The notes under the pieces are model-generated. The model was not told the DNA's origin. It saw only the letters and a program-made list of their open reading frames with translations, and ran no database searches. The translations under genes and the position numbers were made by a program. From Rikenellaceae bacterium (lineage in GTDB: Bacteria > Bacteroidota > Bacteroidia > Bacteroidales > Rikenellaceae), in assembly GCA_047178725.1 (NCBI GenBank), contig JBCQTD010000007.1, forward strand, positions 4,903 through 68,902: a DNA stretch of 64,000 nucleotides. The letters are read 5' to 3'. Positions 1-9,365 of the stretch are shown piece after piece (positions within the stretch are counted from its first letter, which is position 1; each line of letters starts with the position of its first letter).

Positions 1-866
1 TCCATAAAGCTAAATCGCTCCTCCGGGCGCGAGGCTCTCTGAGGGTACATCAGCGCTAAAGAGATAGGCATCCTCATATCAGGGGTGCCGAGCTGCGCCT
101 TTATTGCTCCATCCTCAAACTCGACCATCGAGTGGACGATCGACTGCGGATGTTGAATTACATCTATCTTCTCGGCCTCAACGCCAAAGAGCCAGTGCGC
201 CTCAATCACCTCAAAGCCCTTATTAACAAGAGTTGATGAGTCGATAGTGATCTTCGAGCCCATGCTCCATTGTGGATGGCGAAGCGCCTGCTCAACGGTG
301 ACACTCTTTAGCTCCTCGGCCTTTAGATCGCGAAACGAGCCGCCGCTGCATGTTAGGATCATGCGTCTTATGGGGCTAACCTCACCAACCAAACATTGAA
401 ATATAGCCGAGTGCTCGGAGTCGATCGGCAGAATAGGCACCTTAAGATCCATGGCGCTCTTCATCACCAGCTCACCACCAACCACCAACGACTCCTTATT
501 GGCCAACGCCAGCTTCTTCCCCGCCTCAATGGCCGCAAGCGTTGGCTCTAATCCGGCGTAGCCCACAAGGGCATTTACAACAACATCAACATTAGAGCCA
601 GATAGAATCTGCACGATAGCCTCCTCGCCAGCATAGACCTTAATCGGATGCGCAGCGAGAGCCTCCGACAGCGCCTTATAGTGCTGCTCTTGCGCTATAA
701 CCACACTATCAACATCAAAGGCAACAGCCTGCTCGGCGAGCTCTCTCCACGATGAGTTTGCAGTTAAAACACTAACCTCAAAGCGCTCAAGGTTTTCTCG
801 CACAATATCCAACGTCTGAACACCGATCGAGCCTGTTGAGCCTAATATTGCTAATTTTTGTCTCAT
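1..866 (-). CDS. dxr: 1-deoxy-D-xylulose 5-phosphate reductoisomerase (3' end runs off window)
   Basis: Translated by hand from ATG at 866: MRQKLAILGSTGSIG, then LALANKESLV, LPIDSEHSAIFQ, HPQWSMGSKITIDS; all DXR signature motifs. Confidence 0.97.
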   Translation of the reverse strand, partial: MRQKLAILGSTGSIGVQTLDIVRENLERFEVSVLTANSSWRELAEQAVAFDVDSVVIAQEQHYKALSEALAAHPIKVYAGEEAIVQILSGSNVDVVVNALVGYAGLEPTLAAIEAGKKLALANKESLVVGGELVMKSAMDLKVPILPIDSEHSAIFQCLVGEVSPIRRMILTCSGGSFRDLKAEELKSVTVEQALRHPQWSMGSKITIDSSTLVNKGFEVIEAHWLFGVEAEKIDVIQHPQSIVHSMVEFEDGAIKAQLGTPDMRMPISLALMYPQRASRPEERFSFM

Positions 867-871
867 TGATT

Positions 872-1735
872 TTAAAATAAGATATACTCCTCAGGATTAG
901 CAGGACGAGATACACTCCATAGCTCAAAGCCCAGCAGCGATCTTTCATTGCTCAACAAGGGTGTGAAGCCAATCACCTCGCCACTCTTTACTAGCTGCCC
1001 CTTGGTAAGCAGCGACTGAGACATATTTTTATATATTGATATCAAATTACCAGGATGCAATATCTGCGCAATGTAGCCCGAGGATGGTGTCCAAATCGAC
1101 AGTAGCACAATTCCATCCCCCACCGAGAGAACCTTATCATCGGGCTCGGTAAAGATCTCAACACCATAGCGCTCACCCTTAATATCAAACGAGCTGGCAA
1201 TCTCCCCCTCAACCGGTGCGATCAACGCCACCGCTGCGCCACTCATCACCCTCTGCTGATACTCCGAACGCATAGATATATTAACATCACTCTCAATCTG
1301 CCTCCGCAAAGCGCTATCGGCACTATTCGGGGCGATGAGCCTCTTGCTTAGCTTAAGACTATCGCCCTTTACAATATCGCGCACAATAGGGGTTTTACCA
1401 TCCATTATAAGCGATATATTCTCGGCATAGATCATCATATCATCAATAACCCTCTCCAGCGAATCAAGCCTCATAATACCCTCCACGACCCGCTCTCTGG
1501 AGCGCGAAAACTCAGACTTATAGCCAGGGAGCATCTCTAAGACGGGGGTATACGAAACCAATGCCGTCGCCGCAACCATAAAGATTATCAACATAGCCAC
1601 AAAAAGAAAGAGTCCGCTAAGAGGTGAGACATGAGTATACCACAACTCATCGCCGCCACGAGGCTCAAAGATACTCACACGCCTGCGGCGCACTAGATTA
1701 TATAGGAGTTTTAATATTGTCTCTTTCAATTTCAT
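872..1735 (-). CDS. M23/LytM-like membrane protein, Zn ligands apparently lost
   Basis: N-terminal TM helix, coiled coil, C-terminal LytM-like fold (APVEG, GDGIV, VKSGEVIG, FELW); HxxxD and HxH motifs replaced by RYGVE and LLG. Confidence 0.8.
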   Translation of the reverse strand: MKLKETILKLLYNLVRRRRVSIFEPRGGDELWYTHVSPLSGLFLFVAMLIIFMVAATALVSYTPVLEMLPGYKSEFSRSRERVVEGIMRLDSLERVIDDMMIYAENISLIMDGKTPIVRDIVKGDSLKLSKRLIAPNSADSALRRQIESDVNISMRSEYQQRVMSGAAVALIAPVEGEIASSFDIKGERYGVEIFTEPDDKVLSVGDGIVLLSIWTPSSGYIAQILHPGNLISIYKNMSQSLLTKGQLVKSGEVIGFTPLLSNERSLLGFELWSVSRPANPEEYILF

Positions 1736-1761
1736 CTCATATCCATATAATAATATCTCTG

Positions 1762-1831
1762 CAAAGATAACGTTTTATCACTATAAATAACATAATTTTA
1801 TAGAATATATATTTAAATAATATTATCTTTG
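1762..1831. promoter_or_regulatory. Divergent Bacteroidota sigma-70 -7 elements
   Basis: TATCTTTG at 1824-1831 (+) and at 1769-1762 (-) match the TAnnTTTG consensus between divergent genes. Confidence 0.7.
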
Positions 1832-1858
1832 CAGATATAACCAAAAAGAATTAAAACT

Positions 1859-3136
1859 ATGATACACCCTGAATGGAGCTACTCTGCAGTACTTTATGAG
1901 ATGAATATCCGCCAACTCACCCCCGAGGGCAGATTTGACAGCGCAGCTGAGAAGTTGGAATTCCTACGCTCTATAGGCATAGATATACTCTGGCTTATGC
2001 CCATCTACCCTATTGGCAAGCTAAATCGCAAGGGCTCGCTGGGCTCTTACTACTCTATCGCAGACTACTGCGATGTTAACCCCGAATTTGGCTCAATGGC
2101 CGATTTCGATGCCCTCCTCGAGAAAGCACACGCCCTCGGCTTTAAGGTGATCCTAGATTGGGTGGCAAACCACACAGCACGCGATGCAAAATGGGTGAGC
2201 GAGAAACCAGCCGATTGGTATGAGCGCGACGAGAGTGGCTCGCCACTAGTGCCCTGGGATTGGAGCGACACGGCTAAGCTCAACTACGCCAACGGCGATG
2301 TGTGGCAGGGGCAGATTGATGCTATGCGCTTCTGGCTAGAGAGAGGCGTGGATGGATTCCGCTGCGATATGGCTATGCTAGTGCCCATCGAGTTTTGGCA
2401 GGAGGCATCAGCCGCGCTGCACGCCATCAAGCCCGATATGTTTATGCTAGCCGAGGCCGAGCAGGCCAATCTTTTTGATCGCGCCTTCGACACATGCTAC
2501 GCCTGGGAGCTGCATCACAAGATGTGCGATGTGGCACAAGGTCGAGCGCGCGCCAACGATCTTCGCGATCAACTCTTCGCAACAAAGGCTCGCTTCCCCC
2601 GCTGGATGATGAATATGAGCTTTACATCAAACCACGACGAGAACTCATGGCAAGGGACAGAGCAGTCGCGATTTGGCGATGCCCTTGAGATTATGAGCGT
2701 ATTCTCATTTATCGCACCATCTAGCATGCCCCTGATCTACACCGGCCAGGAGATCGGCTATGAGCACTCATTTGAGTTCTTTGATCGTGACCCTATTCCT
2801 GAATATAGCGCAAACGAGGCGACCGAGTTCTACACTAAGCTAGCCAAACTAAAGCACTCTTTCTCCTGCCTTAAGGGTGGCGAATATGGTGGCGAATGGC
2901 ACACAATAAACAACAACGCCGAAGATTGTCTGCTTATTATTGTGCGCGAGAGTAAACACGACCGCGTAATAGCAATTATGAATCTATCACCCTACCACAT
3001 CTATGCAGCATACAACACCGGTATTTATGCAGGCGAGTATCTAAATCCACTAAGTGGTGAATTTGAACACCTTCACACCCAGAACTCTGCACAGATGTCG
3101 CCCTGGGAGTATAAAATATTAACCGTTAAGAAGTGA
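1859..3136 (+). CDS. GH13 alpha-amylase family glycosidase
   Basis: DWVANH, GFRCDMA (nucleophile Asp), MLAE, SNHDE conserved GH13 regions. Confidence 0.93.
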   Translation: MIHPEWSYSAVLYEMNIRQLTPEGRFDSAAEKLEFLRSIGIDILWLMPIYPIGKLNRKGSLGSYYSIADYCDVNPEFGSMADFDALLEKAHALGFKVILDWVANHTARDAKWVSEKPADWYERDESGSPLVPWDWSDTAKLNYANGDVWQGQIDAMRFWLERGVDGFRCDMAMLVPIEFWQEASAALHAIKPDMFMLAEAEQANLFDRAFDTCYAWELHHKMCDVAQGRARANDLRDQLFATKARFPRWMMNMSFTSNHDENSWQGTEQSRFGDALEIMSVFSFIAPSSMPLIYTGQEIGYEHSFEFFDRDPIPEYSANEATEFYTKLAKLKHSFSCLKGGEYGGEWHTINNNAEDCLLIIVRESKHDRVIAIMNLSPYHIYAAYNTGIYAGEYLNPLSGEFEHLHTQNSAQMSPWEYKILTVKK

Positions 3137-4086
3137 GAATAATAACAACTATACTCTTCGCGATCCTCACGGCGCTCAACGTATCGGCAGCAACATATAC
3201 TATCGAACAGATACCAAACGTTCAATTAGAGAGCCGTAATAGATTTGTTTCAAATCCAGATGGAATTCTCTCGCAGCAAGCCGTAGCGCAGATCGACTCG
3301 ATCTGCTACTCGCTGCGTAACAATGGCATCGCACAGGTGGCCATCGTGGCGGTTGATGATATATCACCACGCAGCAGCTTCGACTTTGCCTACAACCTAT
3401 TCTCGAAGTGGGGCGTGGGCGATGCTGGACGCGATAATGGACTAGGTATTCTATTTGTGAAGAAGGCTCGCCAGATACGCATTGTCACAGGACGAGGTGT
3501 CGAGGGGGTGCTGCCTGATGCTCTATGCAAACGTATACAGAGCAACTATATGCTGCCACACTTTAGTCGTGGCGACTACAGCACGGGGCTGCTTGTCGGC
3601 ATGCGATCAATAGAGGCGATACTTATGCACAGCGAGCTAAACACCGGCGCCGATGGCCGATACAAAGGCAATCCAAATGATGGCGTGCCGATATCATTTA
3701 TCTTGCTTGTAATGCTCTTTGTCATGGGGGTGCCGATGATAACATCGCTGATAAGCTACTACCGCACCTATAGATGCAAGCGCTGCGGCAAGATGCCACT
3801 ATCGCTCGTTAGCGAGACACGCATCTCGCGAGGAGATAATTTCGACACGATGGATCAGAGATATCGCTGCCCACATTGCGGAGACACCACAACAAAGAGG
3901 GTCAGAAAGATGCGCGACGATATTGATCTACGCCCACCGGTCGGCGGCGTCATCATCGGCGGTGGGCTAGGCTCGCGAGGCGGCTTCAGAGGCGGTGGAT
4001 TTGGCGGCTTCGGCGGTGGCGGCTTCGGCGGTGGCGGCTTCGGCGGTGGCGGATTCGGTGGCGGCGGTGCTGGTAGTGGATGGTAG
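3133..4086 (+). CDS. TPM-domain membrane protein with CxxC/CxxC zinc ribbon and Gly-rich tail
   Basis: Signal peptide, TPM motifs (WGVG..DNGLGIL, TGRGVEGVLPD), TM helix, CKRC...CPHC, (GGGF)n GGAGSGW tail; adjacent to lemA. Confidence 0.9.
   Translation: MRIITTILFAILTALNVSAATYTIEQIPNVQLESRNRFVSNPDGILSQQAVAQIDSICYSLRNNGIAQVAIVAVDDISPRSSFDFAYNLFSKWGVGDAGRDNGLGILFVKKARQIRIVTGRGVEGVLPDALCKRIQSNYMLPHFSRGDYSTGLLVGMRSIEAILMHSELNTGADGRYKGNPNDGVPISFILLVMLFVMGVPMITSLISYYRTYRCKRCGKMPLSLVSETRISRGDNFDTMDQRYRCPHCGDTTTKRVRKMRDDIDLRPPVGGVIIGGGLGSRGGFRGGGFGGFGGGGFGGGGFGGGGFGGGGAGSGW
3991..4068 (+). repeat. 15-bp tandem coding repeat (GGCGGTGGCGGCTTC-like) encoding GGGGF
   Basis: Several consecutive units visible in the TPM gene 3' end. 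Confidence 0.85.
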
Positions 4087-4111
4087 AAAACTAAAAAACA
4101 GATATAAATTT

Positions 4112-4687
4112 ATGAAAAAATTACTTTTTGCAGCTTTTGCTATTATGATCTCAATGAGCTCATGTTCAAGCTACAACAACATGGTGACAATGGATGAGAA
4201 TGTAAGCCGCGCCTGGGCCAATGTGGAGACACAATATCAGCGCCGAGCAGACCTTATCCCCAACCTAGTATCGACTGTAAAGGGCTATGCCGCCCACGAG
4301 CAGCAGACCTTATCGGCTGTTATTGAGGCTCGCGCTGCGGCCACTAAGATGACCATAAACATAGAGGAGATGACCCCCGAGAAGATCGCAGCATATCAGC
4401 AGGCGCAGGGTGCCGTCAGTTCAGCCCTATCTCGCCTTATCGCCCTATCGGAGAGCTACCCCGACCTTAAAGCCAACCAGAACTTCGTTGAGCTACAGGC
4501 TCAGCTAGAGGGAACCGAGAATAGGATTGCCGTTGCACGCGAGGGCTTCAACAACGCCACCGCCTCATACAACGCCGCCATCCGCCGCTTCCCCTCCAAT
4601 ATAATCGCAGGATGGTTCGACTTTGAATCGAAGCCCTATTACGAGGCAGATGCTGCTGCCTCCACAGCACCCGTCGTATCATTCTAA
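4112..4687 (+). CDS. lemA: LemA family protein
   Basis: ATG at 4112 after AT-rich leader; YQRRADLIPNLV, YPDLKANQNF, LEGTENRI motifs. Confidence 0.95.
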   Translation: MKKLLFAAFAIMISMSSCSSYNNMVTMDENVSRAWANVETQYQRRADLIPNLVSTVKGYAAHEQQTLSAVIEARAAATKMTINIEEMTPEKIAAYQQAQGAVSSALSRLIALSESYPDLKANQNFVELQAQLEGTENRIAVAREGFNNATASYNAAIRRFPSNIIAGWFDFESKPYYEADAAASTAPVVSF

Positions 4688-4705
4688 AACACATCAGTTA
4701 GAAAT

Positions 4706-4735
4706 AAAAATCCGCCCCTTATGGAGCGGATTTTT
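4706..4735. terminator. Bidirectional intrinsic terminator
   Basis: AAAAATCCGCCCC-TTAT-GGAGCGGATTTTT between convergent genes. Confidence 0.85.
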
Positions 4736-4737
4736 GT

Positions 4738-6324
4738 TTATCTAGACATTCTAACTAAAATCACACCATGGCTCGCGACTCGAGCTGTAAAGCTTCCATT
4801 ATAGCGACCAATATCTCGCTGTCTCCAAAGATCACGAACCCTGCGCGAGCGATCAACGCCTAGGCTCTGCCAGTCAATGGTAATCTCCCTCTCGCTGTCG
4901 GTAAGATTGAACAAGCCAACCGCAATATCACCACCATACAATCGCTTGCATATAATCTCAACCTCATAGTTATATATAACAGAGGCTCCCGCCTCGGCCA
5001 GACGATCCTGCTGCAGAGCCAAAACCTCTGAGTTTGTCAGCAGCCCTAGCGTAAACTCATCCAACTGCTCAATAGGACACCCTATCAACAGCGGCGCCGA
5101 CCACAGAGACCAGAGCGAGATATGAGAGTACTGCTCATCGGGGGTGAGATTCGAGGGACTCATCTGCTTGCCATGATCTACATTTCCGACAACAAGCATA
5201 TCAGGATCAGGGAAGTGACCGGCAGAGCCTCTAAAGGCATCATCGAGCCAGCTACGATGTATTGGCCACACATCACATATAGCTTTATGGTTGCCCTCGC
5301 CACTCCAGCGATCCTTCAAATCACCCGTCGTGCGCCACACCTGCGCATACTCCTTACAGACGTTGGCGAGCTCTTGCGGCGCCGAGTTAGAGAGCGAAAA
5401 GACGATGTCTCGCCCACTCTCGCGCAAAGCCTTAGCCATACGAACCACACTAAGCGAGTCGTTGAGATACCAGTCATACTTTAGATAATCCATACCCCAC
5501 TCCGCCCACTGCTTAGCGTCGTTGGCCTCAAAGCGAAATGGTGCTATTGCCTGCCACTTTTTATCAGCACCCTTCACACCTTTTTTATCTATCATTGACC
5601 TATCCCACGCCCCATCGGCCGTGTAGCTACTTCCGCCAATATATTTTGCATAGGTCGTAACCCAAGGCGATGAGTAGATTCCAACCTTCATACCCATGGC
5701 ATGTATCTTATCACACATAGCCTGCATGTCGGGGAATTTAACCTTATCGGGCTGAATGGCGTGGTATTTTCCACCGCGCACATTACCCTGCCAGCCATCA
5801 TCTATGTTTATATATGTCCAGCCATAATTGACCAATCCCTTATCATACATAGCCTGAGCCGAAGCCTCGACATTAGCCTGAGTCACGCGAGCCCCCCAGC
5901 AGTTCCAGCTATTCCATCCCAGAGGAGGAGTTAAGCATATCTGCTCGCCAATAATAATCTCAAGAGGCTTCTCGTCTCTGCCAAATGCATTCTCTGCAAC
6001 TAGAACAATCTCAATATTTGAGCCTTTTTCATCCTTGACAACACCACTTATCACACCGCTCTCACTACAGAGACTCAGCCCCTCGGGGAGGTTTTTAACC
6101 GAATATCTCATCGGCCTCTCGCCTGTAGCAGGGATCGAGTAGAGAAACGGGTGGCCAGGCCTCACGCCGAATAGTGAAGCCCCATGAATCTGCGCACTCG
6201 CGGGGGCGGGCGGTGTTAATATATAATGGCCATCAGGATTTACCGGGGCATAGACCTCGGTTGTAATATCGCAGCAAGATAGCGAACAGAAGGCGACAAT
6301 AAATGCCGTAATTATTACTCTCAT
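4738..6324 (-). CDS. GH27 alpha-galactosidase-like lipoprotein with N-terminal Ig-like domain
   Basis: TPPLGWNSWN, INIDDGWQ, DYLKYDW, WRTTGD, DPDML motifs; lipobox-like SLSC. Confidence 0.9.
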   Translation of the reverse strand: MRVIITAFIVAFCSLSCCDITTEVYAPVNPDGHYILTPPAPASAQIHGASLFGVRPGHPFLYSIPATGERPMRYSVKNLPEGLSLCSESGVISGVVKDEKGSNIEIVLVAENAFGRDEKPLEIIIGEQICLTPPLGWNSWNCWGARVTQANVEASAQAMYDKGLVNYGWTYINIDDGWQGNVRGGKYHAIQPDKVKFPDMQAMCDKIHAMGMKVGIYSSPWVTTYAKYIGGSSYTADGAWDRSMIDKKGVKGADKKWQAIAPFRFEANDAKQWAEWGMDYLKYDWYLNDSLSVVRMAKALRESGRDIVFSLSNSAPQELANVCKEYAQVWRTTGDLKDRWSGEGNHKAICDVWPIHRSWLDDAFRGSAGHFPDPDMLVVGNVDHGKQMSPSNLTPDEQYSHISLWSLWSAPLLIGCPIEQLDEFTLGLLTNSEVLALQQDRLAEAGASVIYNYEVEIICKRLYGGDIAVGLFNLTDSEREITIDWQSLGVDRSRRVRDLWRQRDIGRYNGSFTARVASHGVILVRMSR

Positions 6325-6333
6325 TATTTCAAC

Positions 6334-6500
6334 TAAGTAGGGTAAAATAATTATTGGTGTGTTTTTAAGAGTGCTATTGGAGATGAGATTTTTTGCTATT
6401 GAATTGAAAATATAGTGGTTCTATACTGAAATTTAATAGTGAAAAATATCGCTCCAAGAGTGCTTTTAAAAATATGGCAATAATTGTTTTACACTACTTA
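6334..6500 (+). mobile_element. MITE-like fold-back element, family A copy 1 (167 bp including terminal TA)
   Basis: Ends TAAGTAGGGTAAAATAATTATTG / CAATAATTGTTTTACACTACTTA; reverse complement matches 11697-11863 with 3 differences. Confidence 0.85.
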
Positions 6501-6542
6501 TTAATACTCGGCAAGCTCACCATGAGGATAGACATAAACATC

Positions 6543-6574
6543 AAAGTCTACCCCGAAAGTTCGAGGCAGGCTTT
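6543..6574 (-). terminator. Probable intrinsic terminator of the beta-barrel gene
   Basis: Minus strand AAAGCCTGCCTCGAA-CT-TTCGGGGTAGACTTT imperfect hairpin. Confidence 0.5.
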
Positions 6575-6605
6575 AAATATTAAGACCTCCTTACCAAGAG
6601 GGTTA

Positions 6606-7361
6606 CTATAGTTTAACTACGATGTTAAGCGATGAATTCCAAACATAGCCGATTGGATGCTCATCATAAGGCATGCCATCTACTGAGCCCGCAAAAGCGT
6701 TAAGGCCTGTTTGCAAACGCGCCTGAACACGCTTAGAGAGTCTAAAGCTTAAAGCTACATCCACACCGGCGCCAAATACTACATCTGGATTATCGACCTG
6801 TGTAGCAACAGCTAGGCCGCTATCCTTGTATGAGATCTCGGCATCAATATAGGCTGCATAAAGCGAAGGGATGATCAAGAATCCGACACGAGAAAACTGC
6901 GAACTGCGACCAAAGAAATCAATAGGCAGATGAACGCCCAGCTGATAGATGTCGCTATTTGAGATCAGCTCGCTATACTGAGGTATATCAAGGCCGGCGA
7001 GCGGAGCGAAATATCTCTTTCCGTCCCACAAGTAGTAGCCACTGCAGCACTCGCTTGTTAGCGACTCGGTCATCATATAGCTCAACGATGCCTCAACCGC
7101 AAATGTATAATTAAGCTTGTAGCCAGCCATAACTCTACCATTATAGCCCAGATTGACACCTTCCGAGTTAAACGACTCAAAGGTAGACTGAATGAAGCTA
7201 ACGCCACCTCCAGCGCCAACATACCAGCGCGAGGGCGAAGCAAAAGAGTCGAATCCAGCAGAATTAACTGACGCTGCCCCAGAAGATTCGACACCTTGAG
7301 CCGAGGCGAAGCCGAAAGTAGAGGCCAAAACCACCATCAGTGATAGGATTTGTCTTTTCAT
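6606..7361 (-). CDS. Outer-membrane beta-barrel protein (OmpA-like membrane domain)
   Basis: Signal peptide (MKRQIL...ASA), alternating aromatic/Gly strands (WYVGAGGG, AGYKLNYTFAVEAS, FGAGVDVALSFRL), C-terminal beta strand. Confidence 0.7.
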   Translation of the reverse strand: MKRQILSLMVVLASTFGFASAQGVESSGAASVNSAGFDSFASPSRWYVGAGGGVSFIQSTFESFNSEGVNLGYNGRVMAGYKLNYTFAVEASLSYMMTESLTSECCSGYYLWDGKRYFAPLAGLDIPQYSELISNSDIYQLGVHLPIDFFGRSSQFSRVGFLIIPSLYAAYIDAEISYKDSGLAVATQVDNPDVVFGAGVDVALSFRLSKRVQARLQTGLNAFAGSVDGMPYDEHPIGYVWNSSLNIVVKL

Positions 7362-7684
7362 AAGTTTGAAGTTTATCATTTGTTAGTTATTAGTTTCAAA
7401 AATCATGTTAAAAATAGAGCCTACATTCCTCCGCCGGCCGAGGGAGACCTCGAACCGAGCGCAACAATACACATATCCATCTAAAACACAGAGGATTACC
7501 CCAAAAGGCTCATCCACACATATATTCCTGACCACGAATTTAAACATTTTTTTTTAACTATCACAATAATTTCATCCAAATTTAAGAATTATTTGATCTT
7601 TTTATAAAAACAGCTCCTGCCGAGAGAAGTAATAGAGCCAAAATTTTGATCTTAAGAATAGTATTATTATCTTGCAAAGACTAA

Positions 7685-7845
7685 GAATCTGTTTAAGTTT
7701 TTCTGCTTAAAAATGCTATGCGCTATTTTGCTTTGATTTTGGATTTTGATATCGCAGCTAATAGCGGGCTATTTGCAAGATAGCAAAATCCAAAAGCGAA
7801 GTGAAAGAGCCTTAGCATTTTAGTGAGAAAAACTTAAACAGATCC
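7685..7845 (+). mobile_element. MITE-like fold-back element, family B copy 1 (161 bp, TAA target duplication)
   Basis: TIR GAATCTGTTTAAGTTTTTCT / AGAAAAACTTAAACAGATCC, flanked on both sides by TAA; same ends as 49623-49773. Confidence 0.8.
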
Positions 7846-7860
7846 TAAAACCTTTAAACT

Positions 7861-9354
7861 ATGAAACACCTTCTATTTTGTGCGCTACTTGCGCTATTCA
7901 ATCTTCAGGGTTTTGGAGCTAACCAAATCGACAAATTAGTTGACACCTCGCTTAAATCGGAGAAAATTACCCCATCCGAGATATGCAGCGATGAGGTCTA
8001 TGTCCGTCGACTTTACCTTATCCTTATAGGTAAGCTCCCCACCGCAAATGAGGCTATCGAATTTATTGATTCAGAGAGCAAAACCAAACGAAAAGATCTT
8101 GCCACTAAGTTACTATCAACCACCGACTACGTCGATTTTCAAGTGGTTAAATGGGGCGATCTACTAAAGATTAAATCGGAGTTTCCAAGTAATCTATGGC
8201 CTAATGGCGTCCAAGCGTATAATCGCTGGGTGCGAGAGAAAATTAGCGCCAACACCCCCTACGACCAATTCGTGCGTGACCTATTACTCTGTTCGGGGAG
8301 CAACTTCCGTACTCCACAGGTCAACTTCTATCGCGCCTTCGTGACGCGCACCCCCGAAACTATAGCCGAAAATGTGGAGATGCTATTTCTCGGCTCGCGC
8401 ACTCTATCAAAAGAGGCTCCTATCTTCTTCTCGCAGGTGAAGTATAAGAGCAGCGGCGAGTGGAAAGAGGAGATCGTATATACCGACCTTGATATCGCAC
8501 CTGAGGTATCGCTTGTGACGATGAGCGATGGCAAAAAAATAACCCTCAACGAGCGAGAGGATCTCCGCGAGAGCTATGTAGCGTGGCTTACATCTAAAGA
8601 GAACCGACAATTTGCACGCGCCATGGCCAATCGCATATGGTACTGGATGATGGGACGCGGCGTGGTTCACGAGGCGGATGATTTTAGGGCAGACAACCCA
8701 GCCTCAAATCCCAAATTGCTAGAGCATCTCACCGACGAGTTTATCAAGAGCGGATACGACATTCGCAAGCTTATGGCGATGATCGTCGAGAGCAATACAT
8801 TCCAACGCAGCTCAATAAGTAATGAGAGCAACAAGAGTGATGTAGCGCTCTTCTCGCACTACCCCACAATTCGCCTCACAGCCGAGCAGATTATCGACGG
8901 GCTCTCTGCCTTGACTGGTATTAATGATAGGTATGTGAGCCGAGTGCCTGAGCCCTACTCATACTACCCCTCTGATATGACATCGACAGATATCGGGGAT
9001 GCAACTGTATCATCTCCGCAGCTGGATCTTTTTGGTCGCCCATCACGAGATTTCTCGCTCGAGAATCAGAGGGTTAACGACCTTAATAGCAAGCAGACTC
9101 TATACCTATTAAATGCCACAAGTATAAATACTAAAATCTCAACCAGCAAACTCATCACCCAAATGGTCGAGAAGCAGGAGAGCCGCGAGGATGTGATCCG
9201 CGAGATCTACCTTATGATGCTCTCGCGCCGCCCCTCTGCCGAGGAGACAGCCGCGATACTCTCCTATGTGAAGAGCAACCAGAGCATGCGTGCCATGGCG
9301 AGCGATCTAATTTGGGCGATGCTCAACTCTCCAGAATATCTATTCAACCACTAA
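7861..9354 (+). CDS. DUF1549/DUF1553 (PSCyt2/PSD1) domain exported protein
   Basis: SDEVYVRRLYL..GKLPT, PYDQFVRDLL, FARAMANRIW..MMGRGVV, NPKLLEHL..EF..SGYD, RLTAEQIID, FGRP, WAMLNSPEYLFNH resemble Planctomycete DUF1549/1553 proteins. Confidence 0.85.
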   Translation: MKHLLFCALLALFNLQGFGANQIDKLVDTSLKSEKITPSEICSDEVYVRRLYLILIGKLPTANEAIEFIDSESKTKRKDLATKLLSTTDYVDFQVVKWGDLLKIKSEFPSNLWPNGVQAYNRWVREKISANTPYDQFVRDLLLCSGSNFRTPQVNFYRAFVTRTPETIAENVEMLFLGSRTLSKEAPIFFSQVKYKSSGEWKEEIVYTDLDIAPEVSLVTMSDGKKITLNEREDLRESYVAWLTSKENRQFARAMANRIWYWMMGRGVVHEADDFRADNPASNPKLLEHLTDEFIKSGYDIRKLMAMIVESNTFQRSSISNESNKSDVALFSHYPTIRLTAEQIIDGLSALTGINDRYVSRVPEPYSYYPSDMTSTDIGDATVSSPQLDLFGRPSRDFSLENQRVNDLNSKQTLYLLNATSINTKISTSKLITQMVEKQESREDVIREIYLMMLSRRPSAEETAAILSYVKSNQSMRAMASDLIWAMLNSPEYLFNH

Positions 9355-9365
9355 AAAGAGATACT

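Noticed and set aside
3995-4111. ORF-track N-terminal extension of LemA with AASAV repeats
   Set aside because: Alternative-frame reading of the TPM Gly repeat; the real start is ATG 4112 with a proper signal sequence.
7420-7460. GGTTCGA as a tRNA T-loop remnant
   Set aside because: No cloverleaf, acceptor stem or CCA can be built around it.
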